This document shows, one piece after another, positions 36,432 through 47,746 of a stretch of 60,337 nucleotides of DNA. Location: NCBI GenBank assembly GCA_031458695.1, contig JAVKJW010000014.1, positions 1 to 60,337 of the forward strand. Direction: 5' to 3'. Both the position numbers and the translations under genes were made by a program. How positions within the stretch are numbered: position 1 is the first letter of the stretch; every line of letters begins with the position of its first letter. The notes beneath the pieces were generated by a model that ran no database searches, had not been told where the DNA came from, and saw only the letters and a list, made by a program, of their open reading frames with translations. This stretch comes from Candidatus Thermofontivivens primus (lineage in GTDB: Bacteria; Sysuimicrobiota; Sysuimicrobiia; Sysuimicrobiales; Thermofontiviventaceae).

Positions 36432-37427
36432 TTACAGGTCACTTGCGGGCTCCTCTTGGGATGGAGGATCTACGGCCATCTCCCTCCCTTTCCCTACAGG
36501 CAATGCCGGGCGCGGCGGGAACAAGAGGGAAGCTGCAATGGAACCCCCGATGAACAAGGCGACGATGCCCAGGGAGATCCCAATAGGGATCCTGTAGAAG
36601 TCGCTGGTGGCCATTTTCAGGCCCACAAAAATGAGGACAAACCCCAGGCCGAGGTGGAGATAAGAGAACCGACTCACGATCCCGGACACAAGGAAGAACA
36701 GCGCACGCAATCCCAGGATCGCGAAGATGTTGGAGGTGTACACGATGAAGGGGTCACGCGTCACAGCGAAGATCGCCGGGATCGAGTCGACGGCGAACAC
36801 GATGTCGGTGGCCTCGACGACCGTGAGCACCAGAAGGAGCGGGGTGGCGAAGAGCTTCCCACCGAGCCGCACGAAGAACCGCTGCCCATGATAGGCAGGG
36901 ACCAGCGGGACGTACCTGCGGACGAGCCTGAAGACGGGATTCCGCTCCGGATGGATCTCTTCCCCTCTGGACCGCAGGACCTTCACCCCGGTGAAGATCA
37001 ACAGTCCCCCGAAGAGGTAAATGACCCAGTGGAACATCTGGAGAAGCGCAGCGCCTGCGAGGATGAACACAGCACGGAACACAATGGCCCCCATGATTCC
37101 CCAAAAGAGAACACGGTGTCGGTACTCTACAGGGACCGCAAAGTATGAGAAGATCACCAAGAAGACGAAGATGTTGTCGACGCTGAGCGCCTTCTCAATG
37201 AGGTAGCCTGTCAGGAACTCCAGTCCGCGTTCCGGGCCGAACCAGTATACGATCCCCACGTTGAACGCCAGCGCCAGGACGATCCAGAAGATGCTCCATC
37301 CAAGTGCCTCCTGCGTCCCTATCACATGGGCCCTCCGGTGGAAGACCCCGAGGTCCAGCGCGAGCATGGCGAGGATGAACACCGTGAATCCAGCCCATAG
37401 GATTGGCGTTCCAATCGATCCTTCCAT
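36432..37427 (-). CDS. TerC/Alx family membrane protein
   Basis: GYLIEKALSVDNIFVF, TDIVFAVDSIPA, SNIFAILGLR; start ATG 37427 after AAGGAGG. Confidence 0.93.
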   Translation of the reverse strand: MEGSIGTPILWAGFTVFILAMLALDLGVFHRRAHVIGTQEALGWSIFWIVLALAFNVGIVYWFGPERGLEFLTGYLIEKALSVDNIFVFLVIFSYFAVPVEYRHRVLFWGIMGAIVFRAVFILAGAALLQMFHWVIYLFGGLLIFTGVKVLRSRGEEIHPERNPVFRLVRRYVPLVPAYHGQRFFVRLGGKLFATPLLLVLTVVEATDIVFAVDSIPAIFAVTRDPFIVYTSNIFAILGLRALFFLVSGIVSRFSYLHLGLGFVLIFVGLKMATSDFYRIPIGISLGIVALFIGGSIAASLLFPPRPALPVGKGREMAVDPPSQEEPASDL

Positions 37428-37443
37428 CTGTATCCTCCTTGCC

Positions 37444-37532
37444 GCAGCCCTGGAAAAGACTTTTGCCAGAGGCCCTCTTGAAATCGTGCGGTCCCAGTAA
37501 CAAAATCTCGACAAAAGATCATGCGGGGTTAT
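37444..37532. repeat. Double-hairpin interspersed repeat, degenerate full-length copy
   Basis: CCCTGGAAAAGACTTTTGCCAGAGGCCCTCTTGAAA...CAAAATCTCGACAAAAGAT...GGGGTTA. Confidence 0.7.
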
Positions 37533-37951
37533 GGAGCCTTCCTGCGGGCCGAGTCCAGGTAAGCTTGCAAGAGGAGGGCTGCAGCGACGGCATCGACACG
37601 CTGGCGCCGCCGGTCACGGCGGACATTCGCTTCGAGCATCGCACGTTCTGCCGCGACTGTCGTGAGGCGCTCATCCCAGGTATCCACAGGAACGCCGATT
37701 GCATCCCTCAGCTTTGCCACGAACTCCTCGACCATCCGGGCCTGCGGGCCCAGGCTCCCGTTGAGGGATCGTGGCATCCCCACCACGACGCAGGAAACCT
37801 CCCACTCCCGGACGAGTGCGCGGATCTCGGCAAGGTCCGCATCCCAGCCTTCCCTCTCGATCACCTTCAGGGGCTGCGCGCTGATCCCCAGGGGATCGCT
37901 GAGAGCCACCCCAATGCGCCGGGTGCCAACGTCAAGTCCCAGAATCCGCAA
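37529..37951 (-). CDS. ruvX: Pre-16S rRNA nuclease / Holliday junction resolvase-like YqgF
   Basis: ILGLDVGTRRIGVALSD, VVGMP, WDERLTT, VDAVAA; downstream of alaS. Confidence 0.93.
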   Translation of the reverse strand: MRILGLDVGTRRIGVALSDPLGISAQPLKVIEREGWDADLAEIRALVREWEVSCVVVGMPRSLNGSLGPQARMVEEFVAKLRDAIGVPVDTWDERLTTVAAERAMLEANVRRDRRRQRVDAVAAALLLQAYLDSARRKAP

Positions 37952-38001
37952 TTCCTTCTCCCCCGCCCTTTTACGCCCTACCTTCTCCTATCGTGCGAAA
38001 G

Positions 38002-38025
38002 ATCGTAGCATGGGCGTTTCATTTG

Positions 38026-38029
<4 letters not shown>
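38002..38029 (-). promoter_or_regulatory. Putative sigma70/A promoter for ruvX
   Basis: TTGACA-N16-TACGAT with TG extension; the -35 box overlaps the alaS stop codon. Confidence 0.5.
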
Positions 38030-40698
<2,669 letters not shown>

Positions 40699-40758
40699 CT
40701 CCTTTCACCTGCCCTCGTACCTGCACAGAACCTCCGGCGAACCTTCTGTGAGGCTCTG

Positions 40759-41062
40759 AACAAAATTGCCTCCCATCCCGGAAGGGACGAGAGGCGTGCT
40801 CCCGCGGTACCACCCTGGTTCTATACACAGGGCCCTCCACGCAGGCACTAAAGGGGATTTTCCCTGCGTATAGCACTCTCTGCGCGCTATCGGGCGCGGA
40901 CCCGGCAGCGCCTACTCGGCATCGCCCTCCACCTTCCCGCGGGGGTGTGCCGTTCGGGCTGCAGCTCAGGGATGGCCTTCTCTACCGCCTTAGGGAGGCC
41001 TTCCACCCACGCCTCCTCGCTGAATCTCCAGACGGTAGATACTCTTCCCCTCATCGCCTTTC
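40759..41062 (-). ncRNA. T-box riboswitch leader (Ala specifier GCC) with intrinsic terminator
   Basis: Minus strand reads GCGATGA..GGAAGAGTA, CAGCGAG AG bulge, GGTGGAA apical loop, specifier GAAG-GCC-A (40976-40974), stem II GAAC/AGTA, T-box AACCAGGGTGGTACCGCG (40820-40803), terminator GCCTCTCGTCCC-ttcc-GGGATGGGAGGC-AATTTTGTT. Confidence 0.92.
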
Positions 41063-41105
41063 CGGGGAAGCGAGGTGCCCCGCTACCCTGGTTCGCCTTG
41101 ACCCA

Positions 41106-41135
41106 AGTATAGGTGAGACCGGAAAACCCTGTCAA
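41106..41135 (-). promoter_or_regulatory. sigma70/A promoter of the T-box-alaS unit
   Basis: TTGACA-N18-TATACT just upstream of the T-box leader. Confidence 0.7.
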
Positions 41136-41156
41136 GAGAGGCGAGGGACCTTTCGT

Positions 41157-42452
41157 TCAATCCGTCTTTTCCAGCTCCCCTGCGATTTCCTGGAGAAGGC
41201 CCTTGGCTTCCTCCACAGCACCCCAGAATGCCTCCACGGCCCGGTCAATTTCCTCCTTGGTCACAATAAGGGGTGGGACGATGCGCAGAACCTCAGGTTT
41301 GTTTAACGTATGCACGACCAGGACTCTCCGGGAGGCCATTCCTGCCATGACCAGGAGAGCCACGTCCCCATGTGTGAACTCCACTCCAACGAGGAATCCC
41401 CGGCCCCGGACATCTGTGATCACGTCGGGGTGCTCTTCCCGAACTGCCTGGAGCTTCTGCAGGAGGTATGGGCCAAGCTGAGCCGCCCGCTCGTAGAGGC
41501 GCTCCTCCATCAGGACGCGCAGGGTGGCGTGAGCAGCTGCCCATCCGACGCGGTTCCCGAAGGTCGTAGAGTGAAGGTAGGGATGCTGTCCGAAGGGTCT
41601 CCAGACGTGAGGCCTTGCGACCATCGCCCCTACCGGCGCGACGCCTCCACCAAGCCCCTTGGCCAGGGTCATCATATCTGGGACAACACCGCTATGCTCG
41701 CAGGCGAACATCTTGCCTGTCCGTCCCATGCCCGTCTGGACCTCGTCCAGGATCAAGAGCACCCCGTGACGGTCACAGATCTCTCGTACCTTTGGGAGGT
41801 AGTCGTCTGGAGGAAGAATGACCCCGTTCTCGCCCTGAATGGGCTCTAGGAGTACGGCCGCAGTCCTTTTCGTGATGGCCTTTTCCACCGCTTCCGCATC
41901 CCCATACGGCACGTGCACGAACCCGGGGACGAGAGGCTCAAAAGGGGTGCGGTAGAGCTCCCGGCCCGAGGCGCTCAGAGCTCCCAGGGTCTTCCCGTGA
42001 TAGGCACCCACGGTGCTGATGATCTCCGGTTTCCCCGTGGCCGCCCGTGCCAGTTTGATCGCCGCCTCCACCGCCTCTGCCCCGCTGTGACAGAAGAAGG
42101 AGTGCTGAAGGTCGCCTGGCGTTGCCTGCGCCATGCATTCTGCGAGGTCAGCCAGCGTGTCGCTGGGGAGCATGCGCACCGACATGGGCATCCGCTCGAG
42201 CTCCCGGCGTGCCGCCTCTACTACTCTGGGGTGGCGGTGACCGAGGATGAAGACACTGTACCCGCCGGAGAAGTCCAAATATTCCCTTCCGAAGACGTCG
42301 CGGACGATGGTCCCCTCCGCTTCCGCCTCCACGGTGTCGAGACCGGCCAGCTTGAAGCCCTTGACCCAGCTTGGGTTAAGGTACCGCCGATACTTCTCCA
42401 GCGTCTCGTCTACAATGCTCTGCGCTACTCTCTCCTCTCTCCCCTTTTCCAT
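41157..42452 (-). CDS. Class III aminotransferase, putrescine/(acetyl)ornithine aminotransferase-like
   Basis: [60 protein letters not shown]. Confidence 0.87.
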   Translation of the reverse strand: MEKGREERVAQSIVDETLEKYRRYLNPSWVKGFKLAGLDTVEAEAEGTIVRDVFGREYLDFSGGYSVFILGHRHPRVVEAARRELERMPMSVRMLPSDTLADLAECMAQATPGDLQHSFFCHSGAEAVEAAIKLARAATGKPEIISTVGAYHGKTLGALSASGRELYRTPFEPLVPGFVHVPYGDAEAVEKAITKRTAAVLLEPIQGENGVILPPDDYLPKVREICDRHGVLLILDEVQTGMGRTGKMFACEHSGVVPDMMTLAKGLGGGVAPVGAMVARPHVWRPFGQHPYLHSTTFGNRVGWAAAHATLRVLMEERLYERAAQLGPYLLQKLQAVREEHPDVITDVRGRGFLVGVEFTHGDVALLVMAGMASRRVLVVHTLNKPEVLRIVPPLIVTKEEIDRAVEAFWGAVEEAKGLLQEIAGELEKTD

Positions 42453-42558
42453 ATAGGCAGATCACCTTCCCGAGCATACTCAAATCAGTCCAACAAGGAT
42501 CTCTTGATGGGATTTTGCTGGAGCCACTGACATCCCCTCTTGGCAGCCCCACGGCTAA

Positions 42559-42619
42559 GTACCCCTCACAAGTCTTTTGACTTTTGTTGGGTGTCCCCTC
42601 CTGAAATCACGAGGTTCCC
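42559..42619. repeat. Partial copy (hairpin B + linker) of interspersed repeat overlapping the NUDIX 3' end
   Basis: GTACCCCTCACAAGTCTTTTGACTTTTGTTGGGTGTCCCCTCCTGAAATC matches the left half of 34837-34931; a hairpin-A-like piece lies at ~42490-42525. Confidence 0.65.
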
Positions 42620-43084
42620 TAAGACCTCCTGGGCACGCCGGATGACCTCCCGTGTTTCCCGGTACTTGATGCGCACCAGGGCCTCTTCGAGCGGTACCCA
42701 GGCGTAACCGACAAATCCTTCCTCCTTCTGCGGCGCAGGTTCCTCTCCGCCCAGGAATTCCATGAGGTAATAGTGGACGGTCTTGTCGTAATAGGTCCGA
42801 TCCTGGCGCCAGTAAAAGAAGTACCTCTCCTCGCCGAGATCCGCCACAATCCGCACATGAGAGACCCCTGCTTCCTCGCGTACCTCGCGCAGGGCGACCT
42901 CCTCTGGGGTCTCACCTGCCTCGATGACACCCTTTGGCAACATCCATTTCCCGTTTTCATGCATCAACAGGAGAACCTGGTAGGTACCGGACTCTACCCG
43001 GAAAACCACTCCCCCGGCGCTTTGGACGTGCTTGATAGGCTTCCGTGTCTTCTGGGAAGCCTTCGGGGTCTCACCGGCTTTCAA
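42566..43084 (-). CDS. NUDIX hydrolase (Ap4A hydrolase-like)
   Basis: SAGGVVF, WMLPKG, Nudix box GVIEAGETPEEVALREVREEAG. Start reassigned to TTG 43084. Confidence 0.88.
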   Translation of the reverse strand: MKAGETPKASQKTRKPIKHVQSAGGVVFRVESGTYQVLLLMHENGKWMLPKGVIEAGETPEEVALREVREEAGVSHVRIVADLGEERYFFYWRQDRTYYDKTVHYYLMEFLGGEEPAPQKEEGFVGYAWVPLEEALVRIKYRETREVIRRAQEVLGNLVISGGDTQQKSKDL

Positions 43085-43574
43085 AGTGGTCTCCCCCTTG
43101 ATCCAGCCCCTCAGGTCGTTCCGCACGACTCGATGAAAGCATCTCGCGCACAAGGCGCTCCACGACCTTCCCGTCCGCGCGCCCCCTGACCTGGGGCATG
43201 ACTTTCCCCATGACCCTCCCCAAATCCCGCTCGCTTGTCGCCTGCACCGCAGCAATCGCGCTGGCGATGAGACCGCGCAGCTCTGCCTCGTCTATGGGAG
43301 GAGGAAGGTATTCCATGAGGATGGCCATCTCCAGCTCTTCCCGCCTCGCCAAGTCGTTGCGGCCGCCGGCGAGGAACCCCTCAATGGCCTCCTTGCGCTT
43401 GCGGATCTCGCGATGGAGAACCTCCACCACCTCCGCGTCGGAGAGGGGACGGCCTTTTTCGATCTCCGCGTTGCGGATGGCTGCGCGAGCGAGCCGGATA
43501 ACAGAAACGCGGAGCGTGTCGTTCGCCTTCATCGCCGCCTTCATGTCCTCCAGCAACCTCTCTGCAAGCGACAC
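43071..43574 (-). CDS. yqeY: GatB/YqeY domain protein
   Basis: DMKAAMKA, KRKEAIE, DLGRVMGKVMPQVRGRADG; follows rpsU; start GTG 43574. Confidence 0.9.
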   Translation of the reverse strand: MSLAERLLEDMKAAMKANDTLRVSVIRLARAAIRNAEIEKGRPLSDAEVVEVLHREIRKRKEAIEGFLAGGRNDLARREELEMAILMEYLPPPIDEAELRGLIASAIAAVQATSERDLGRVMGKVMPQVRGRADGKVVERLVREMLSSSRAERPEGLDQGGDHFESR

Positions 43575-43593
43575 CGCGATCCCTCCACCCTCA

Positions 43594-43682
43594 ATACCCT
43601 CGCAAAAATTTGGACATTTGCCGGAGGCCCGCGCCCACGGGGCCACCATCCAAATCTTGCCAAAAGGGTTTGCTGGGGCTAC
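43594..43682. repeat. Double-hairpin interspersed repeat, degenerate full-length copy
   Basis: ATACCCTCGCAAAAATTTGGACATTTGCCGGAGGCCC...CAAATCTTGCCAAAAGGGTTTGCTGGGGCTAC; right end reads GTAGCCCCAGC on the minus strand. Confidence 0.7.
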
Positions 43683-43739
43683 TGGGCACGCCATTCAAGA
43701 AATTTTGCTGGATTCCCCACTCCCCCGGCCAAGAGGAGC

Positions 43740-43907
43740 TCATTTCCGCCGCCGGCGGTTCTGTTTCCGGCGGCGCTTTGCGCTCGGCTTTTCATAGTGC
43801 TCGTGCCGCCGGGCATCCACCAGGATCCCGGAAAGCTTCACCTGGCGCTTGAAACGACGCAAGGCACTGTCCAGAGACTCATCCTTCCCTACACGCACCT
43901 CGGGCAC
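43740..43907 (-). CDS. rpsU: 30S ribosomal protein S21
   Basis: Manual translation (55 aa, below ORF-track cutoff): [55 protein letters not shown]. Confidence 0.97.
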   Translation of the reverse strand: MPEVRVGKDESLDSALRRFKRQVKLSGILVDARRHEHYEKPSAKRRRKQNRRRRK

Positions 43908-43959
43908 CCTCCCCACCCCCTCTCCCGGCGAGGAATCCTACTGCCACCGTGATGGTAGC

Positions 43960-43988
43960 ATTATACTACGCGCGGCGGCCAAGGTCAA
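43960..43988 (-). promoter_or_regulatory. sigma70/A promoter of rpsU
   Basis: TTGACC-N17-TATAAT. Confidence 0.7.
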
Positions 43989-44829
43989 AAGACGGGCCTG
44001 AGGAAGGATCCCAGCTTTCTTCCAGCTGCACCATCACTTCTGCTCCAAAGAGAACCACCAGGGCGGCAAGGTAAACCCAGATCATGAACACCACCACCCC
44101 AGCAAGAGGACCATATACGAGGGGGTATTTGGCGAGAGTCTGGAGGTACCACAGGAACGCGCGCTTGGTCACCTCAAATAACAGCAAACTCATGACACTC
44201 CCAATCCACAGGGTAGACCAACGGAGACGAACGTTCGGGAGGAAACGGTAGACCACCAGGAACGCCATGCCCGAGAAGACCCAGGGAGCGATCGCTGCCC
44301 CCATGTTGAAGAGAGGGGTCCTCCGCACCATTTCCATTGCCGTTGCGAGCGCACCTACCCTCCCAAGCACTGCCAAGACGCCGCTCGTGATGAAGGAGAG
44401 GTTGATCAGGATACCCCCTAGGATCACGAGCATGAGTTCCACAACCTTCCTGTGCCAGAATGGCCGCACGCCAGGGGCCCTCAGGACTCGGTTTAGTCCG
44501 TGCCGGAGGGCACCGGCCACAGCAGTCGCTGACCAAAACAACCCGACAAGAGAGAGGACGCCCGCGGTCCTCCAGGTGCTGATGGAGGCGTCGAGGATCC
44601 CTCGGACCAAGTCGAGGACGTCGGGAGGGAGATAGGAGGATAACGCCTCGATCACCACCTGCTGCGCGTAGACCTGCTCCATAAACCGGCTGGCCAGGGC
44701 GACCAAGCCGATGAGGAGGGGGAAGATCGACAGGATGGCGGCATAGGAGATCGAGGCCGCAAGGGTAAAGAGGTCGTCGCGGGCCGCGCTGTGAAAAACC
44801 CTCTTGAGGAATCTCAGAAGCCTCGCCAT
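43966..44829 (-). CDS. YihY/virulence factor BrkB family membrane protein
   Basis: AASISYAAILSIFP, YRFLPN, YGPLAGVVVFMIWVY...GAE. Confidence 0.9.
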   Translation of the reverse strand: MARLLRFLKRVFHSAARDDLFTLAASISYAAILSIFPLLIGLVALASRFMEQVYAQQVVIEALSSYLPPDVLDLVRGILDASISTWRTAGVLSLVGLFWSATAVAGALRHGLNRVLRAPGVRPFWHRKVVELMLVILGGILINLSFITSGVLAVLGRVGALATAMEMVRRTPLFNMGAAIAPWVFSGMAFLVVYRFLPNVRLRWSTLWIGSVMSLLLFEVTKRAFLWYLQTLAKYPLVYGPLAGVVVFMIWVYLAALVVLFGAEVMVQLEESWDPSSGPSFDLGRRA

Positions 44830-44883
44830 CGCTGGATCTGCTCCCTTTCACAAGATTGCGCGATAGACGCCCGATCTGACCAT

Positions 44884-46530
44884 TTAGAGGTTCTTGGTGA
44901 TCCCACCGAGGAGGCGCCGGAACAAGCGGCCAAGCAATCCCACCTGGCGATCGCGGCTCTCTCTCACAACGCCCACGAGTTCCTCCTCTTCCTCCTCCGT
45001 CTCCGGTAGGGTCTCCGTCCAAGCGAACACAGTGCGTCGCCCGCTCCTGCGTGCGACCTCCAGTTCTGCAGGATGTTCCACCTCGACGATCTGCACGTGC
45101 TCCAGGTGGAACCTCTCTTCTCCCCGGATCAGGATGGTCTTCCCGCTTGCGCGCTCCAGCTCGCTCATCCAGGGGTCCTCTCGGAGGAGAGCCTCCACAC
45201 GTGGGTGGACCTCCGCGACCAGGATCTTCGCAGGAGAGCGGAAGGCCAATCGCTTAAGCTCCCGGCGCACCCGGGCGGCGAGCGTCTCCGGGGAGAACAC
45301 CCTTCCTCTCCCTTCACAGTAGGGACAGGGCATCCGCAGGATCCCGTCCAAGTCCTGGTAGACGCGCTTGCGGGTGATCTCCACAAGACCCAACGCAGTG
45401 AGGTCGATGACGTGCGTCTTGGTGCGGTCCCGGCGAACGGCCTGCTGGAGGGCATGGAAGACTTTCTTCCGGTGCCTCTCATCCTCCATGTCAATGAAGT
45501 CGACGAGGATGATCCCACCAAGGTCTCGGAGCCGGATCTGCCGGACGATCTCCCCCACGGCCTCCAGATTGGTCTGGAGGATCGTGCTGGCTAGGTCGGT
45601 CTTCCCCACATATTTCCCCGTGTTCACATCGATGACGGTGAGGGCTTCAGTGCGGTCAATGACAATGTACCCACCGGATTTCAACCAGACCTTACGGCGC
45701 AACGCTCGTTCCAGCTCCTGCTCGATGCCAAACCGATGGAAGATTGGTTCCTTCTCCTGGTAGAGCTGCACCCTCGGCTTCAGGTGGGGTGCGATGGAGG
45801 AGAGGAAATCCAAGAGCCGTTCGTACTCCTCGGGCGAGTCGATGACGAATCGGTCGATCTGCTCCGTGAACAGATCTCGGACCACTCGCCGGATGAGCCG
45901 GAGGTCCTGGTAGATCAACGCCGGAGCCTTTACGGCCTGCGCCCGCTCCATTACCCGGTTCCATAACTGGAGGAGATAACGCAGATCGTCCCGTAGCTCT
46001 CTCTCCCCCACACCTTCACTAGCGGTGCGCACAATCAGGCCCATCTTCGGAGGTTTGATGCGCTCGGCGAGCTGCCTCAGGCGCTTTCGCTCGGCCTCGT
46101 TCTCAATACGGCGGGAGACCCCGACGTAGTCCACTGTGGGCATCAGGACAAGGTAATGAGCGGGGAGGGCGAGGTAAGTCGTCACCCTGGCTCCCTTCGT
46201 TCCCATGGGCTCCTTGGTCACCTGGACGAGGATCTCCTGGCCGACCCGGAGCCGTTCGTGAATCGGCGGACGACCGAGGACTTCCTCCAGTTCCTCCCCA
46301 GCGAGCCGCTCGCTGCGGATGTCCGTGACGTGGAGGAATGCATTCCGCTCCAGACCGATGTCCACAAACGCAGCCTCCATCCCCGGGAGAACGTTGGCGA
46401 CCCTTCCCTTGTAGATGTTCCCAGCAAGCGGCTCACCCCGCTCGATGAACACCTCGGTAAGGACACCATCCTCAAGGAGGGCCACACGTGTCTCCCACGG
46501 TTCCACGTTGGCAATCAGCTCGTATCCCAT
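44884..46530 (-). CDS. rng: Rne/Rng family ribonuclease (RNase G-like)
   Basis: GNIYKGRV..VLPGMEAAFVDIG S1 domain, IDVNTG, DFIDM, CPYC Zn-link. Confidence 0.93.
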   Translation of the reverse strand: MGYELIANVEPWETRVALLEDGVLTEVFIERGEPLAGNIYKGRVANVLPGMEAAFVDIGLERNAFLHVTDIRSERLAGEELEEVLGRPPIHERLRVGQEILVQVTKEPMGTKGARVTTYLALPAHYLVLMPTVDYVGVSRRIENEAERKRLRQLAERIKPPKMGLIVRTASEGVGERELRDDLRYLLQLWNRVMERAQAVKAPALIYQDLRLIRRVVRDLFTEQIDRFVIDSPEEYERLLDFLSSIAPHLKPRVQLYQEKEPIFHRFGIEQELERALRRKVWLKSGGYIVIDRTEALTVIDVNTGKYVGKTDLASTILQTNLEAVGEIVRQIRLRDLGGIILVDFIDMEDERHRKKVFHALQQAVRRDRTKTHVIDLTALGLVEITRKRVYQDLDGILRMPCPYCEGRGRVFSPETLAARVRRELKRLAFRSPAKILVAEVHPRVEALLREDPWMSELERASGKTILIRGEERFHLEHVQIVEVEHPAELEVARRSGRRTVFAWTETLPETEEEEEELVGVVRESRDRQVGLLGRLFRRLLGGITKNL

Positions 46531-46566
46531 CTCTCCTCACACCCCAAGACGCTGGAATCCAGATCT

Positions 46567-46615
46567 TACACCCTTGGCAGTTGTCTTGATCTTTGCCAGG
46601 AACCCCCTTTGACAA
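46567..46615. repeat. Partial copy (hairpin B + linker) of interspersed repeat
   Basis: CCCTTGGCAGTTGTCTTGATCTTTGCCAGGAACCCCCTTTGA. Confidence 0.5.
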
Positions 46616-46627
46616 TCAGGGGGTTCA

Positions 46628-47746
46628 TCAGAACCAAATCTTCTTTCGACGCATCCATACGTTGAGCAAGAGGCCTGTCGCGGTCAGGGCGGTGACGAGA
46701 GCACTCCCGCCATGGCTCAGGAACGGCAGGGGGATCCCTGTGATGGGCATCAGGCCAATCGTCATCCCAACGTTCACGAACACGTGAAAGGCCATCATGG
46801 AAGTTACCCCTACGGCAATGAGCATCCCCAGGGTATCCCGCGCTTCCATCGAGATTGCCAGGCCCCGCCACAGCCAAACCAGGAATACGAAGAGGACCAC
46901 CACGGCCCCTACGAATCCGAGCTCCTCCCCGACTACGGTAAAGATGAAATCCGTGTGATGCTCGGGGACGAACTGGAGCATGGTCTGTGTCCCGTGGAGG
47001 TATCCCTTCCCGAAGATCTGACCTGATCCAATGGCAATCTTCGATTGGATGATGGCGTATCCAGCCCCGAGGGGATCCTTCAAGGGATCCAGGAATGCAA
47101 GAAGGCGCGCGCGCTGGTAATCTTTCAGGAAGTGCCAGAGGACGGGGCTCAAAGCCAGGCCAACTCCGGCAACGCCAAGGATCGGGCGAGGCTCGGCGCC
47201 GGCAGCGTAGAGCATCCCGAACAGGATCGCCAGGTAGACCAGGGCAGTCCCAAGATCGGGTTGCTGGATGATCAAGATCATGGGAACTCCTGCGTGGAGG
47301 AGGAAGGGGACGAGTTCCCGGAGGCGCCGGTAAGGTCCGCGCCGTGCCGAGAGATGGGTAGCGAGCGTCACAATCAGGGAAACCTTGGCGAACTCAGAGG
47401 GTTGGATGGTCCCTAAAAACCCCAGAGAGATCCATCGCTGCGCTCCCTGAGTCTCCCGGCCGATGACCAGCACAATGAGGAGGGCGAGGAGATTTCCCAC
47501 GTACAGAAGCACCCACTGCCGGGCGAGAGCGTGGTAGTCGATGAGGATGATGAAGGCCATGGCGAGGACGCCGAGAGTGAGATGGAAGAGGCGAGCCTTG
47601 ACAAATGCCCAGGGATCATCACCCTTCATGTGCGTGGCGCTATAGACCAACAAGATCCCCACAATCACTAGGATGACCGTGGCCAACAGGAGCACCCAGT
47701 CCAGGTTCTTCAAGAGCTTGCGCATCACCGCCATGACCATGCTCAT
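46628..47746 (-). CDS. rodA: Rod shape-determining SEDS glycosyltransferase RodA
   Basis: GAQRW, QPSEFAK, QPDLGT, PEHHTDFIF, GIPLPFLSHGGS. Confidence 0.95.
   Translation of the reverse strand: MSMVMAVMRKLLKNLDWVLLLATVILVIVGILLVYSATHMKGDDPWAFVKARLFHLTLGVLAMAFIILIDYHALARQWVLLYVGNLLALLIVLVIGRETQGAQRWISLGFLGTIQPSEFAKVSLIVTLATHLSARRGPYRRLRELVPFLLHAGVPMILIIQQPDLGTALVYLAILFGMLYAAGAEPRPILGVAGVGLALSPVLWHFLKDYQRARLLAFLDPLKDPLGAGYAIIQSKIAIGSGQIFGKGYLHGTQTMLQFVPEHHTDFIFTVVGEELGFVGAVVVLFVFLVWLWRGLAISMEARDTLGMLIAVGVTSMMAFHVFVNVGMTIGLMPITGIPLPFLSHGGSALVTALTATGLLLNVWMRRKKIWF

Noticed and set aside
37428..37530. yybP-ykoY manganese riboswitch expected upstream of terC/alx
   Set aside because: The interval is occupied by the double-hairpin repeat and I could not see the riboswitch's conserved motifs. 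An Infernal search would settle it.
40887..41135. 82-aa ORF upstream of alaS
   Set aside because: It coincides with the promoter and T-box leader RNA.
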